NCBI GenBank assembly: GCA_002104905.1
Contig: MCFE01000298.1
Coordinates: forward strand, 37,190 to 101,189
Source: Basidiobolus meristosporus CBS 931.73
Lineage: Eukaryota > Fungi > Basidiobolomycota
Direction of reading: 5' to 3'
DNA length: 64,000 bases
Part shown: in pieces, positions 28,382-40,754 of the stretch
Numbering within the stretch: position 1 is the first letter of the stretch
Layout of the letters: every line of letters starts with the position of its first letter
Made by a program: the position numbers and the translations under genes
The notes under the pieces: generated by a model
What the model was told of the DNA's origin: nothing
The model's input: the letters and a program-made list of their open reading frames with translations, nothing else
Database searches by the model: none

Positions 28382-29923
28382 ATGTGTGCAGCAGTTGCGG
28401 TCAATCCACTTCGTTCAAAATATCAAAAGCTAGTCGGCCACCTGACGGAAATCTCCCACCTTCAAGGCGTGCTTGGTCTCTTGGAATGGGATCAGCAAGT
28501 GATGATGCCTTCTGGGGCGGCCTCCTGTCGAGAGAGCCAGTCCTCCATCTTAACTGGTATCCTCCACGACAAGAAAACCAACCAAGAGTTGGGTGACATC
28601 ATTTCCGAACTTGACCAAAGCCTAGAGGAGAATGTTTTCAACGAATGGGAGAAAGCCAATATCCGCGATGCCAAGCGCGCCTGGGACAAGGAGATCAAGA
28701 TCCCAAAGAGATTGGCACAACGCTTGTCTGAACTGAGCTCGCGCGGCTACGCCGCCTGGACTGAGGCACGCGACAGGAACCAGTTTTCGGTATTCGCCCC
28801 GGTTTTGGAGGACTGGGTAAAAGCGCTGAAGGAGAAGGCGAATTACATCGACCCTAACCGACCAGTGTACGACGTATTGCTGGACGATTTCGAGCGCGGC
28901 CTTACAAGTGATAGACTCGAGCAGCTCTTTGGGGACTTGAAGGAATCTTTGATCCCCCTGGTGAAGAAGATCAAGGAGAAGAATTGGCAGCCTTCCGCCG
29001 AGTTCCTAACCAAAAATGAGTTCCCCGTTGATCCCCAAGTGGAGTTCTCTCACAGCGTCGCCCGAGATATCGGCTTCGATATGAAGTGTGGGCGCTTGGA
29101 TGTATCGATTCACCCCTTCACCGGGGGTGCCCACCCAACCGATGTCCGCATGACCACCAGATACTCCGCCACAAACCTACTTTCGGGTCTCGGCGGCACC
29201 ATCCATGAAACCGGACATAGTCTCTACGAGCAAGCCCGTAACAAGGACTACGAGAATCTTCCGGTGTCCGAAGCGCTCTCCATGGGTATCCACGAGTCAC
29301 AGTCCCTACTCTGGGAGCGCATGGTTGGCCAAAGCTTGCCATTCTGGGAGCATTATTTCTCCAAACTGGCCAAGCTCTTCCCGGAGCAATTGAAGGATGT
29401 TTCACCCAAGGATCTTTATCTGGCCTACAACACGGTGAAGCCCGACTACATCAGAGTTGAGGCAGATGAGGTGACATACCCGCTACACATCGCCATTCGC
29501 TACGAAATCGAGAAGGATCTGGTTGAGGGCAAGATCAAAGTAACCGACTTACCTGCCATCTGGAATCGCAAGTACGAAGAGTACCTGGGCATCCCACCGC
29601 CACCCACCGATACCCTTGGTGTACTCCAGGATGTGCATTGGTCGGCCGGTCTCGTCGGCTATTTCCCGACCTACACACTAGGGGCCATCTATGCCGTCCA
29701 GTTCTTCCGCCAGGCGGAGAAAGAGGTGCCTCAGCTAACCGAGGAGATCAGAAATGGCAACTTCGCTCCCCTCAAAGAGTGGTTAAACAAATCGATCCAC
29801 GTGAAGGGCTCCCTTATCCCAAGTGGAGACGAGCTGGCAGTGTCCGTCACCGGAGAGCCACTAAATGCCAAATTGTTTGGTGAATACTTGGTAGACAAAT
29901 ACTCCACGATTTACAATCTCTAG
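28382..29923 (+). CDS. Metallocarboxypeptidase, peptidase family M32 (carboxypeptidase Taq-like), intronless
   Basis: 'GRLDVSIHPFT', HEXXH 'IHETGHSLYEQ', 'MGIHESQSL', 'IRVEADEVTYPLHI', 'GVLQDVHWS.G..GYFPTYTLG'. A TATAAA lies at ~28329. Confidence 0.95.
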   Translation: MCAAVAVNPLRSKYQKLVGHLTEISHLQGVLGLLEWDQQVMMPSGAASCRESQSSILTGILHDKKTNQELGDIISELDQSLEENVFNEWEKANIRDAKRAWDKEIKIPKRLAQRLSELSSRGYAAWTEARDRNQFSVFAPVLEDWVKALKEKANYIDPNRPVYDVLLDDFERGLTSDRLEQLFGDLKESLIPLVKKIKEKNWQPSAEFLTKNEFPVDPQVEFSHSVARDIGFDMKCGRLDVSIHPFTGGAHPTDVRMTTRYSATNLLSGLGGTIHETGHSLYEQARNKDYENLPVSEALSMGIHESQSLLWERMVGQSLPFWEHYFSKLAKLFPEQLKDVSPKDLYLAYNTVKPDYIRVEADEVTYPLHIAIRYEIEKDLVEGKIKVTDLPAIWNRKYEEYLGIPPPPTDTLGVLQDVHWSAGLVGYFPTYTLGAIYAVQFFRQAEKEVPQLTEEIRNGNFAPLKEWLNKSIHVKGSLIPSGDELAVSVTGEPLNAKLFGEYLVDKYSTIYNL

Positions 29924-32285
29924 CATGTATTAGTTCATTAATCTGCATTAAATCCACCACACTGTGGTCACGCAAGTGGAGAGACCACCTCTGCACCAAA
30001 TGGCATTTGCTTTGTATCGCTTTATCGAGGGGTGAACAGGGTCATCACCGATGTGCTATCCTAGCCAACATACCTGCTTGAATCATCGATCAAATCCAAA
30101 CGCAGGTCAGATATGTGGGTTAGCGGGAGTGAAGCGGGAGGAAGCGTGTCACAGGCCAAGATCCATTACAGGCACCTCGCACTCCATACGGCCAAGTCAT
30201 ACAGTCGCATAAGCTGAGTAGATTTTGTTATTGTACTTTGCGGCAAAACGGGATGCTCTCTGGTTTGTGTATCAAGCTTAGGCAACCCGAGAGTTGGCAT
30301 AGGCGTGTACGGATAGACATATCGAGTGGAGGATGATGGGGGGTATATCCGGCCAGAGTAGCAGTATTAAAATACCGGCTAGCATGGAGAATACCAATAT
30401 GAAGTTTAATCAAGATGGATTATACAGCGAGCGAGAAATAGGAAAGCAGCACAAGGAGCTGTTTGACAGGATGATATTGTGCCACATTGATCCGTACTAA
30501 GTTGGTGAGGTTGACACTTGTTGGCAGCGGCTGTGGGGGATGGAATGGCAGGAATCGATCAAGTTAGGAGTCAAGGCACAAATTCAAGTGTTCGTCCAGA
30601 AGCGGCTTCTCAGACGGGCTGCCGATGAGGTGTCGTGCTATGGACCGCTTCCACAATATTCCACCGTCAAAAGCAGGCAGGTTGCGATGCTTGGCTTGCA
30701 GGCAAGTGCGATCCACACCCATAAGCGACAATCGGAATCTTTCCTGGAAGCCCCAAAGGTAAGCGAGCAATCGATGCCTCAATAAGCTACTGCATCTTGG
30801 TAATTAGAGATTCTCTGGCCAAGTCCGAAACTCTACCATTGGCAGTGCTCCTCAAAGCCCAACTCCTGTTCTGAATATCACCGTAAGCTCTCCCGCCTAA
30901 ATCCCTCGTGCCAAAAAGGAAATTCGCGGACCTATTGCTCTTTGTGTTGGTAGCACCGATCCAAATAGCAAGGCAGTAATTTGCTTTGCAATTAATGCTT
31001 GGATGTAGATGTCGTCATGGGCTAATCATCGCCGGTATCTTTGTTAAGGCACATTTCCATTCGTTTGCAAGGCAATGCACGACATCTGGGAATCAGTGAT
31101 CGAATCTTATGTAAGAGATGGGGTGGCGATGCAGTGAGGTTTGCCATGGAAACTGTGTTCTTAGAGGCATGGCTGTGAATTGGCTGTGATTGTCATAGGC
31201 ACTCCAATAGGAAGCATGATGGTATGAAGGGAACATGAGGCTGCCCAACGAGCCAATTGCTGGTTGACCGACTCATTGTCATATGGTAGGCACCTCTGGG
31301 GACCTTCCACATGCTCGGGAACCATGCTAGGTTAGGCTACACAAGCCACTTGCTCAAGAAAAATCATTGAGGATCACACTCTCAGTCCAATTAAATCTAC
31401 TTTGTGCAAATATGGTTTTAGGTACCACCGATCTCAACCCACCATCCTTCAACAATAGGCCCATAGGATCCAATGGAGGTGCGCCGCCATGCTTTCCATA
31501 TGGCTAGGGTTAGGGTTGGCATCATGCCTGAAGGGTGTCTAGGCCATGGCACATTGCCAAATTGCCGGAGCAACCAGAAAGCACGATCCAATGATGTTGG
31601 ATGGGAGAGTCATTGTGATCCTGTGGACATATGCCGGTGCTACGCTCATGTTACAACGAGCGGACCTGTACGTGTGCCCTGGAGGGATCAGGTTAAGGCT
31701 TGGCAATACTTGCGCTCAAGACAGCCCTCCGCGCTACCCGAGTGGGCGCGGCCCATACTCCGCCTAGCCTAGCGACCACGGGTGGCGAAGGGTATCCCAA
31801 ACAATAATGCATCCGCATGCCCTGGCAATTGTGCAGCCTTTGAGAAACCAATATGGCCTGCGTCTAGCCCAATTCTACATGGTTCCTCTGTGGCGGTTGA
31901 GTTGTGGGGCTCATGGTTCATTCGGTTTCGGATGGGATATGCGGCGATTTCGATTGATTTAGGGGCAAGGGGATGGGCAGAAACTTGAATTACAACCTAC
32001 TTCAATTCTACATACCAACTTATGGATATATGGCTGAAAGGGGTTGTGAGGAAACCATATGGCAAGCCAGGATAAGAAGTCCAATCAAAAAATCCACATG
32101 GTTCGAAAACCATGTATTCCCTTTCAGAGATGAAATAAAAGTATATCCCGTATATCCAAATAAGCTTCTTACATCTTTCTACAACATTGATTTTCTCAAA
32201 GTGAAGGGTATTTCATTGACGCCACTCTCCGAAAACCACGCAAAGTCACGTATCTAGAGGTCCTCTTTCACGCAGCTGAAATTGA

Positions 32286-33561
32286 ATGTTGAATATTGAA
32301 GCACTCGGGCTAAGCATGAACTCCAGAGTCCAAGCCACTACCTCAACGAACGAGCCGGACTCGAACAATAATCCTTCTGAGCATAATACCAATGCGATCG
32401 TCGAGAGCTTTATGTTTGGACTGACTACTCCTTGCAACACACTGGCTCAAGTGCAGAGGCTGTCAGCTGCCCCTACCTCCAACCCTCTCAAACGCAAGCC
32501 GGACTTGACCAACAGTTTTCTGAATTCACTGTCTACCAAGCAGATCCGCAGAGAGGCGGACCTGCCCATAAACCCCAACAATTTCAGCTTCTTGCCCCAG
32601 GATGATTTCACCAAGGTAGAGTGAGTAGAGCTGCCTCCATTGTGGAATCAAAGCCGGTTAAGCCACATTCCAATCTCTCCTTCCTAGCTTTCAATTGATC
32701 AAAAGCTCAACGCAATATACGCTGGGCTTCGCGAAATGAGCCAGGCGAAGGTTAACACCTTCCAGAGCTCACAGCCTCAAAATCCCTCCTTGAGCCTGGA
32801 ATTTCACCCCAGAAAGGTAAGAGATGTCGTGTGTCTTGCTGGCCCACGTCAACCTGCTCACCCGTAAACTCCATCTCCCCCGACCACACCACAGAATGAT
32901 TTCACCAAATGGATCAAGATTTGGTTTTCTCGCCTGACAACCCCAGTCTACCTGAAAAGCGAGGCGTCTATCAAGGTACGTTGGACACACAGCCCGCTCA
33001 GACCAGTCGGGTACTCACCAGAGCCTCCCTCACCCAGAAAGAGATCCTTCTCTCCGGGATTTTCTCTAGCCAAGAACTCGCGCCCACAAACAACACGCGC
33101 TTCCAAAAGGAGCTGGTCACCCATTTCCAACTGAAGTTGAACGAGAATCGAGGTAACGCCAGGAAAAAGGTCTTGGGTCTCAAAGAGTACAAAAAATACC
33201 TTGGCTGCACCACCAAGGCCCTGGCAGAGTTCATCTTCTCGGACGTCCCGATCACGGACGAACAGCTGAAAAAGGCAGCCATGATGGTATGTAAAGAATG
33301 GCTTCTGCACCAAATGGTACTCAAGACAAAGCCGACTGACTGCTTTCTACATGATATGCCACCATATATGACCACCAGCGCCAAATCGCCATTAAGCATG
33401 GATACATGGCTGACCCAACCAAAGACGAGAATTTCTGGACCACCTTCCATGAAATACACACCAGCATTTGCAACTCGGAGAAGTCGGCCGACATTTTCGA
33501 GACGATATTGATCGAAGACCGAAACCAATTTGCCAGTTTAGAGAAATCCAACGACTTGTAG
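32286..33561 (+). CDS. Hypothetical protein (5 exons, ~330 aa)
   Basis: Four GT-AG introns, all phase 0, join 'MLNIEAL...DDFTK|LSIDQKLN...HPRK|NDFTKWIKIW...ASIK|KEILLSG...AAMM|RQIAIKHG...SNDL*'. No family recognised. Confidence 0.6.
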
Positions 33562-33899
33562 ACTCTGGGTTGTTTGCGCGAATGAGCCCCGTTCCGACCA
33601 GCCTCGTGAACCCATAGACTCTCCCCGCCAAAACCCACCTCATTCCAGATAGCTTCTCTGCGGGGACTTTCGCTAGAACTCTTGCAATAATCACTTCACC
33701 CGTCTTCTTTCTTCGCTCTCCGTGTATAACATGACATGATTCTTCTCTTGCCCAAGATCATGGCGATTTATTAATCACCATCAGTGATCTGTATGCGTTT
33801 CAGGCCGTCCACTGTTTCGCCTCGATCGCATGTTTTTGTAAATCTGCATAGTATTTGTATGTTCCAGATGGTGAAGCGACAACAAAGGATATTGATCAG

Positions 33900-35310
33900 C
33901 CAAATTCGATTGCATCGTAGCTTAGTCGTGTTGCATTCGGAGAACCAGGGGTCTCCAATGGGGTCACTCGATACGAGCCAGCCAGTGTGAGCCCTCATAG
34001 CCCTCGATGGCAATGTTCTGGGGGCTATTCAGACTGGGAGGGCCAAATTGGCAACGCTAACGCAATCTTGGGGCTTCGACGCCAATGTTTGACGATCGCG
34101 AGGCATGATCCATCAGTCAATGCCTTGCAGGTTACAAGCGATCAACCCAGAGTCACCAATCACACTCCCCCACCGGTGGCCACCCACCATTTGGAAGGCC
34201 CTCTTCCAGCCAACCATCTCCGAGATCGCACCGTGGTATCGTCAAATGCGATCGAGGCAGTATCGACAAATCATGCTCAACCACCCTTATGCCACAACCC
34301 CAAGCTGCATTTAGGTGCTCACAAATGTAGATAATTCCAAATACATCACCCCGATCAATTCGGTTGGCTTCCTAATCTGCATCGTCAACAGCCACTTCGG
34401 TTGTCGACACCTGGAGTTCATCGGCCTCTACGCAGACGACTGCGTTTGCTGGCCCTGAAGTATGTTCCATCTCAGAGCCCGTTCTCATTTGCGCAGTTGG
34501 AGCCCAACATACCACCATCCCACCAACACCCCCCGTTCTGGAATGCTTACTTGGAGTTGCCCGTGCGCCCGCTGCCGATTGGCCCACTGGGCCCTCCCCA
34601 ATGTCCCCTCATCATTGTCGCTGGCAAGCAGGCTGCCTCAAGAAGTGTGGATCCAAGAAAGTATAGGCGTTGAGGTTTATGGTGGACTCGGTTGTATTTG
34701 GCAACCCAATTAACCGAAGGCCAACAACCCTATCCTCAGCCACCAATTGGTGCGCAAAATGCCTAATTAGAAGAGAAGCTACTCAGATACCACAGCAAAT
34801 CACGCGGCTAGGTGATGGCATTGCCAAATATAACCAGCGCTCCCTGCTGGTTCGCTGCTAACCTTAATTGACCGGATGAAGGAGAAATAGTGATTGGCTG
34901 CTATCTCAATCGAGAGGCTGATATCCCAAAAATTCCAGCAAAGCCAAATAGAACCCAGGAGAAGGTGGCAAAAATAGGAAAGATTCTTTAACCTGCCATT
35001 TAGCAAACGATTGTTCCAACAAGGGAAACGCTTTCGAAACATGCGAAAAATTTTCGTATCATTGGAAGAATTGATCTCGCCCTCCGGAATTTCGACCATT
35101 TGGGGCTAAGGTCAGGTTTGGCTGCGCAGGCTCCTATCCAAGCCCCAGCGACACGCTTGTAAGCTGCTCCACCGTCTTGTGTATAAACTCCATCTCGCGC
35201 TCACCGCTGCCCTGACTCTTGAGCCTATACCAAGCAACAGATGTGAGCGAAGAACTCGCTCCAGATGACTCACGGGCTATATTTAGCCTACACCAATCGG
35301 ATCTGGTCTT
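33900..35310 (+). CDS. Possible multi-exon hypothetical gene (model unresolved)
   Basis: Protein-like segments bounded by GT/AG sites, for example 'QTIVPTRETLSKHAKNFRIIGRIDLALRNFDHLG' and 'PDEGEIVIGCYLNREADIPK'. I could not assemble a full model. Confidence 0.25.
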
Positions 35311-35528
35311 CGGAGGACAAATCGGCTAAAATCGAGAAGGAGATTGGGCAAGAAGCAGGGATTCTGATTCTCCCATCCATACAAGGCAACTACCAAGGGA
35401 CTTTCCAGCATTTGCGTTGGCCCTGGGCCAATCACCTTCCTGCTTGAACGAGCGCATTTCGAAATGGTTAGTTCCATCAATGCGCACAGAGGAAGTATTT
35501 AAGTAACCATCTCCTCGAGAACGACCTT

Positions 35529-36899
35529 TTGGCCAACATCGTTGACTTCGATTCTCAGTCAAAGCATCAGACACCTACTCTCACTATGATGTGTGATTCA
35601 TTTACGAAAAAACAGTCAACTCTAGTTGCTCCGCCCAACCTTTCAACCGAAAGTGAACGTTTCGAGCCCTTATCCACCGCGTACGCATCAACCAAGTATC
35701 TTGTGGATAGATCCTCCGGAAAGGACTCGGTATGTGTTTGATCGGAACCTAGTTCCATCAAAAAGCGTCCACCCGCTGTACAGCTCCGCGACAACGTTGC
35801 GTTGCATGTACAGTGCTGGTTGAACCATTTACAAAAGAAAGTTTAGGAAATATCATGAATGATTCCTAATATTTCTTTTTCTATTGCTTCTTTATTCGCC
35901 TCGTTAGAACCAGCTTTCTATCATCGACTTTGGTCTTCGCTTGTCTGACCTCGCCCCTGTCGTGTTTAAAACGATTCCCCAGAGAGAGCTGGCTGAGCGT
36001 GAAGTGTCTGTGTTTGGTATGGTGGGTTACCACCCTAACATCCTCCAGTTGGAGGAGATCCTGGTCGATAACCAGGGGAGAACCGTATTGGTCATGCCCC
36101 AGTTGAAGAAGATCGAAATGCTTAACAAGGATTTGTGCACCATTGCTCTGTTGGTTCGGGATTTGATGAAGGTAAGCGATTCCTCTGGACTTAGCTATAT
36201 TCTTGGCCAACGTAACTCATCGGTTCATCCCAGGCGCTGGCTCATCTTCATTCAAAAGGAATCGCCCATCTGGACATAAACCCCAACAACATCATGTGCG
36301 ATGAGGATGGCCACTTGGTATTGATCGATTTCGGCCTTTCAAAGAAATGCTGCAACTCGCCCATCGCTCCATGTGGTACACCAGGTAACGCAATTCTCCC
36401 GTCAAGCCAACCTCGCAACTTTGTTGTTTACCAAGCATTGGAATCATTAGGTTACATCGCCCCTGAGATCTACAGCGGTGAGGCACGTGGGACCAGTGTG
36501 GACATCTACAGTGCCGCAATCATATTCGGCTCCCTGTTGGAGCCGTATGTACCCGACTGCCTGCTCAACTACCTAGGATGTCGGTGCGAGATGGATGCTC
36601 AGTCTCTTGGCTCCATAATAGAGGCCCTGGACTCGTTTAGTGAGGAGTGTTGCCACAACATTCGCCCCAAAATCGTCTACGATGCCGTTCATCTACTCCG
36701 CAGTATGTTGAATCCTGACCCAAAGCAGCGTATAACGGCTGAGGAGGCACTCAAGCACCCTTTCCTGACGGCCACGCAACCCGAGTTCGCCGGTACTGAC
36801 ATCAACAGCTACACCTCTACCCTTCAAATGATCCGCTACCACCGATCCTTATCAGCTTCCCCTGCCAGCACTTACGAATACGATTACTATTTTGCGTAA
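35529..36899 (+). CDS. Ser/Thr protein kinase, non-RD type (multi-exon; start uncertain)
   Basis: 'VVFK', 'EREV', 'HPNILQL', catalytic loop 'IAHLDINPNNIM', 'LIDFGLS', 'CGTP|GYIAPE', 'DIYSAAIIF', 'MLNPDPKQRITAEEALKHPF'. Confidence 0.88.
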
Positions 36900-37667
36900 G
36901 CGGCATTCCCAAAATCATCACTTAGTTTAATTGCTCCCCAATTTTGAGACGCATGCAGTGTGCGTGGCATAGCACATCCTGGTTTGTATTATACTTAATC
37001 TTAGATCCCCTCCCCCACAACATTCCTTCACTATGTACATACGCTTGAATGAATCAGCCTGAGAGAACTCATTTTCCATCTATGGAGATCCTGCTTTAGG
37101 AATCCCATTTTCGTTATATCCACATGGACTATTTGCATGAGAAGAGGGCTTGGAGCTTGCGTGCAACCCAAGCCCGACGTGCACAGCGGGGATCGGGAAA
37201 CATCCTCGGGGTAGTGTCGACTGACAGTTGAACTGTGTTGAGTGAGGCGTCGGGGTATGGTTCTGTAGTTTGAGTCAGGGCCTAGTTAGTTACTGTTCTG
37301 TTACGCTTCTGTGGAGCATAAATTGCCGGCCTTCACTCTAGTGATCAAAAAGAGAGTGACCACTAAAGCTCATATCGTGCGGACGAAGTGATGATAGGTC
37401 AAGACTAACCTATATTTGAAAGCAGGCTCATTGGGCCAGGTGTTGCAACCATTAGGCGTCCGGTCGTTTCTATTGACTATGGCCGGGCTACATTAACACC
37501 AGCATCCTCTGCGGAGAACCAGCGAGGCCATTTCTGCGTGGACCTAAGACGATTGTCGCGCCACATGTGACGCAAGGAGACATTGGGCTTGCGAAGAAAT
37601 ATAGACACTTTATTATGATGATTAGATACAGCCTTGAATTCGTACGTGATCAGATGGGTGCACTGAG

Positions 37668-38582
37668 TTAATGAAGCTTTTCCCACACACTGCCATGCTC
37701 GTCATGCACCGTCTCATCAGGAGTCCACTTGATGAGTGCTTCGAACACCGCACGTCCTGCCTTCTCCTCTAGTTCCGGAACGATGGAGTGGTCAATGAAT
37801 TGGTTGGTCACCCGGTCAGCGAACACCATCATGGAGGCACCGCAATGAATGCTCTGCTGATGCTTCTTCTCTACTAGTGGGGCAGCAGTTGTGCAATGGG
37901 CAAGATGGTAGAGCATGAATGTTTCCATCTCAAGAGAAACGGCGGATGGAAGTTCCTTGTGAATCACCTCAAACAGATCCTGGTTGTCATCCTTGAAATT
38001 GTCATCCATTCGGCCCTGGGAGGAGTAGAATGAGTCGGCAGTGATGTTGACTCCATTGTGGACCTTATCGTTTCCGAACACCTGGCTCAATTCCTCGGTC
38101 ACTATCTTGGATAGGGTGGGATCGGCAGGGAATTCCATGGTGATGTCGTAGGGCTTCTGCCCCTTGGCGCCTGGGGCAAAGTAGTTATAATTACGGGTAA
38201 GAGCGACGGCGCTTGTTGGGACCATAAACTCCCCAGGCTTAGCACCATTCAATGACCCACAGGAGCCGAGGCGAATGATGCACAGTGGGCCGTCCACAAC
38301 CGCACGAACCTCACGAACAAAGAAATCCATCATCGGGATTCCCATACCGATGGCAATAATACTCACGGGGACGCCCTTGTAGCGGCCGGTAGCGGTGTAG
38401 AAACCTCTGTGGGAGTTCAACTCGAACACAGGGGGAGTGCTGTCCAGAAACTTGGCAAGTCTCTTGGCACGGGCTGGGTCACCGACAGTGATAATACGGT
38501 TGGCAGCCTCACCACGTTTCAACTCCACATGGTAGGTGCGGCCATCAGCGGAGGTAGGGAAGTTAGCGTTAGCGAAGACCAT
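37668..38582 (-). CDS. Uridine phosphorylase-like nucleoside phosphorylase (PNP_UDP_1 family), intronless
   Basis: 'RIITVGDPARA', 'SIIAIGMGIP', 'IIRLGSCG', 'TADSFYSSQGR', 'SLEMETF'. TATAAAA lies ~70 bp upstream. Confidence 0.9.
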   Translation of the reverse strand: MVFANANFPTSADGRTYHVELKRGEAANRIITVGDPARAKRLAKFLDSTPPVFELNSHRGFYTATGRYKGVPVSIIAIGMGIPMMDFFVREVRAVVDGPLCIIRLGSCGSLNGAKPGEFMVPTSAVALTRNYNYFAPGAKGQKPYDITMEFPADPTLSKIVTEELSQVFGNDKVHNGVNITADSFYSSQGRMDDNFKDDNQDLFEVIHKELPSAVSLEMETFMLYHLAHCTTAAPLVEKKHQQSIHCGASMMVFADRVTNQFIDHSIVPELEEKAGRAVFEALIKWTPDETVHDEHGSVWEKLH

Positions 38583-40151
38583 AGCGAGATAAAGACCCAA
38601 CGGAAGCGCGGATGATAAAATGAACTGATGGAAAACCGGATGACGACGGGGAGTATTTTATACCACTGAACAAGGATCTGCCTATTTCCTTATACAACCA
38701 ACAGATCCACAACAAACTACTAAATCCACGCCACCTTCTTCTGGCCATTTGTTGGCCATCCGCAATCATCTGTCTCGACGCTTGGATTTGAGCCTCAGTC
38801 GTCACTGCACCGGGTCTCCTTTCGATTGGGATAGCCTCTACCTGGCAGCCAGACGGGCCAATACTTGATCTGTGGCCTTCAGACGAGCCAGAAGCCCACT
38901 GGGCCATTTGCTCTCTGACCCTGGTTAGGGCCTCCATTCAGTGGTGCGTCTAGGACGGGGCATTGCTTTCTTGTATCCGCAAGTGGAGCGTGTTCGAGGG
39001 ATACGCACGGGGAAAGCCCGTAAGAAGTTCACCAGATGTGCGCGTTCGTATTTGCGAGGCCGCATGAGTCCAATGCAACGGTTAGGGCCAGATTGCGAGG
39101 GGTTCACAAGTTCCCAATGGGATTCGCAGCGTTGAGCGAACCTGGATTTCCTATTTGAGAGAATGTGCGTCGAGATTTGTCGGTGGATCGGGCCAATCAA
39201 CAGCCCCCATAGGGCCTCTCAAACCAACCGATCGAATTCGGCAATGTCCAAGGCTGGCCAAACTCCGATTTCGTGTTGCCAAATAAATCTTTCCCTGGGT
39301 ACATGACACTGTGGAGCTCAGCCATATTCTGGTAAGAAATTTCGAACATTCTACGCAGAAGACATCCAATTCCACATCGTCAAACCTGGAGTAATTCAGG
39401 TCCAAAAGGCTCGGTCCGCTAATGGTGAGCGTGTTCTATCCACCAGCTAGTCTTGGCGCGGCGGCGAGAGGGGGCCGCTGCCAACCCCTGAGCCACTAAA
39501 TGTGATTAATTCATCGAGGAAACCAGCACGATTCCAGCCTCAGAGAGATCTGCCAATGAGCACTTTTGTGGAATAATGGCCACGAAGAAGCGATGCACAC
39601 CCAGCAAATCCGACGACTCTTGGAGGTTAAGCTTATCCCATTACTCTACCGTACCAAGTATCATCGAAATCCCAATAGCAATTTCGTGAAATTTACTGCC
39701 ATTTTTAGCTTGACTAGTCGGGCAGTTGGCGCAAAGACATTCAGCCTAGATCTAAGCTACCCGGCAAAGGGCATGTTTGGTGCAATCTGTTGTATTGCTA
39801 GGCGGATCGTGGCATCGGCGCATGTAAGGGTCAAGCATCTGGTGCCTGTAAAACCAGTTAATCAAAACATTGAGAGGTGCCAGGTGTGTTGTTGGCCCAT
39901 AAAATCGGAATACTACATGTATGCATTTGTTAGAACAGAGCAATCAACTAGAAGGCTGGTGAGGCTGCAAGGCCTGTGTTGAATACTCGGACAAGTGAAA
40001 TATAGTGGTTTATTGCGGTCTGATTGTGCAAGCTGTGTTATGAAAGGGAGATTGGCAAGCAGTGTGGCAAAAGCAGTGCCAACAAACATGATTCCGATTT
40101 ATGGATGAGGAATGAAAACTGTGGGTCAGATGAGCTGCTTTGCTACTAAGT

Positions 40152-40754
40152 CTAGTAGCCGCAACGTTGCTTGACTTGCTGGACATCGGTTACATTGGAG
40201 AATAGGTCGGTGTAGTTTCCTGCATATTGATCATACACCTTGACCCAGTTCTGAACACATTCAGTGCACAACTTATCATTGGGCACATCTGCAAGATCAA
40301 CGTCCTTGTTATGCTGAAGATCTTTTCCTTCCACCAAAAGGCAGTATTGTTGCTGCGAATCTTGCGTGCACCCAAGTGCTATCAGTGGCTCGTAATTCTG
40401 GAGCAAATACTCAACTGCCTGAATGGCGCTTTGCGACAAATCCTTAAGGCATTCAGTTTGGATTTTGCTGGCCAGCCCGTCAGTCACGGACTTGTCACAA
40501 CGTGGGGCTTTACACATAGTGGTGAGAAGTGGAGAATATTGGTTTGCATTACTTGCATCGTAGTTGGTCCAATCGATGGAAGTTGCTTGCGACCAGATTT
40601 GGCTGAGCGGTAAACATGGTTCGTTATCTATTGCGATGGAAAGCAAGGTTTGCTTGCAAGTAGCTGACAGCTCGCCAAGCACATTATCCACTGGCGCCGC
40701 TTCGGTAACAAGGAGTGCTGAGGCAATCACTGCAGATAAAAGAGAGAATTTCAT
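40152..40754 (-). CDS. Secreted cysteine-rich protein (200 aa, 10 Cys)
   Basis: Signal peptide 'MKFSLLSAVIASALLVTEA' followed by a single-exon ORF with a regular Cys pattern. Confidence 0.8.
   Translation of the reverse strand: MKFSLLSAVIASALLVTEAAPVDNVLGELSATCKQTLLSIAIDNEPCLPLSQIWSQATSIDWTNYDASNANQYSPLLTTMCKAPRCDKSVTDGLASKIQTECLKDLSQSAIQAVEYLLQNYEPLIALGCTQDSQQQYCLLVEGKDLQHNKDVDLADVPNDKLCTECVQNWVKVYDQYAGNYTDLFSNVTDVQQVKQRCGY

Noticed and set aside
31503-31516. TAGGGTTAGGGTT telomere-like motif
   Set aside because: Isolated, with no G-tract, hairpin tail or homology break around it.
38569-39405. Short ORFs upstream of the nucleoside phosphorylase
   Set aside because: No recognisable motifs or consistent splice model, and part overlaps the phosphorylase promoter (TATAAAA at ~38655).
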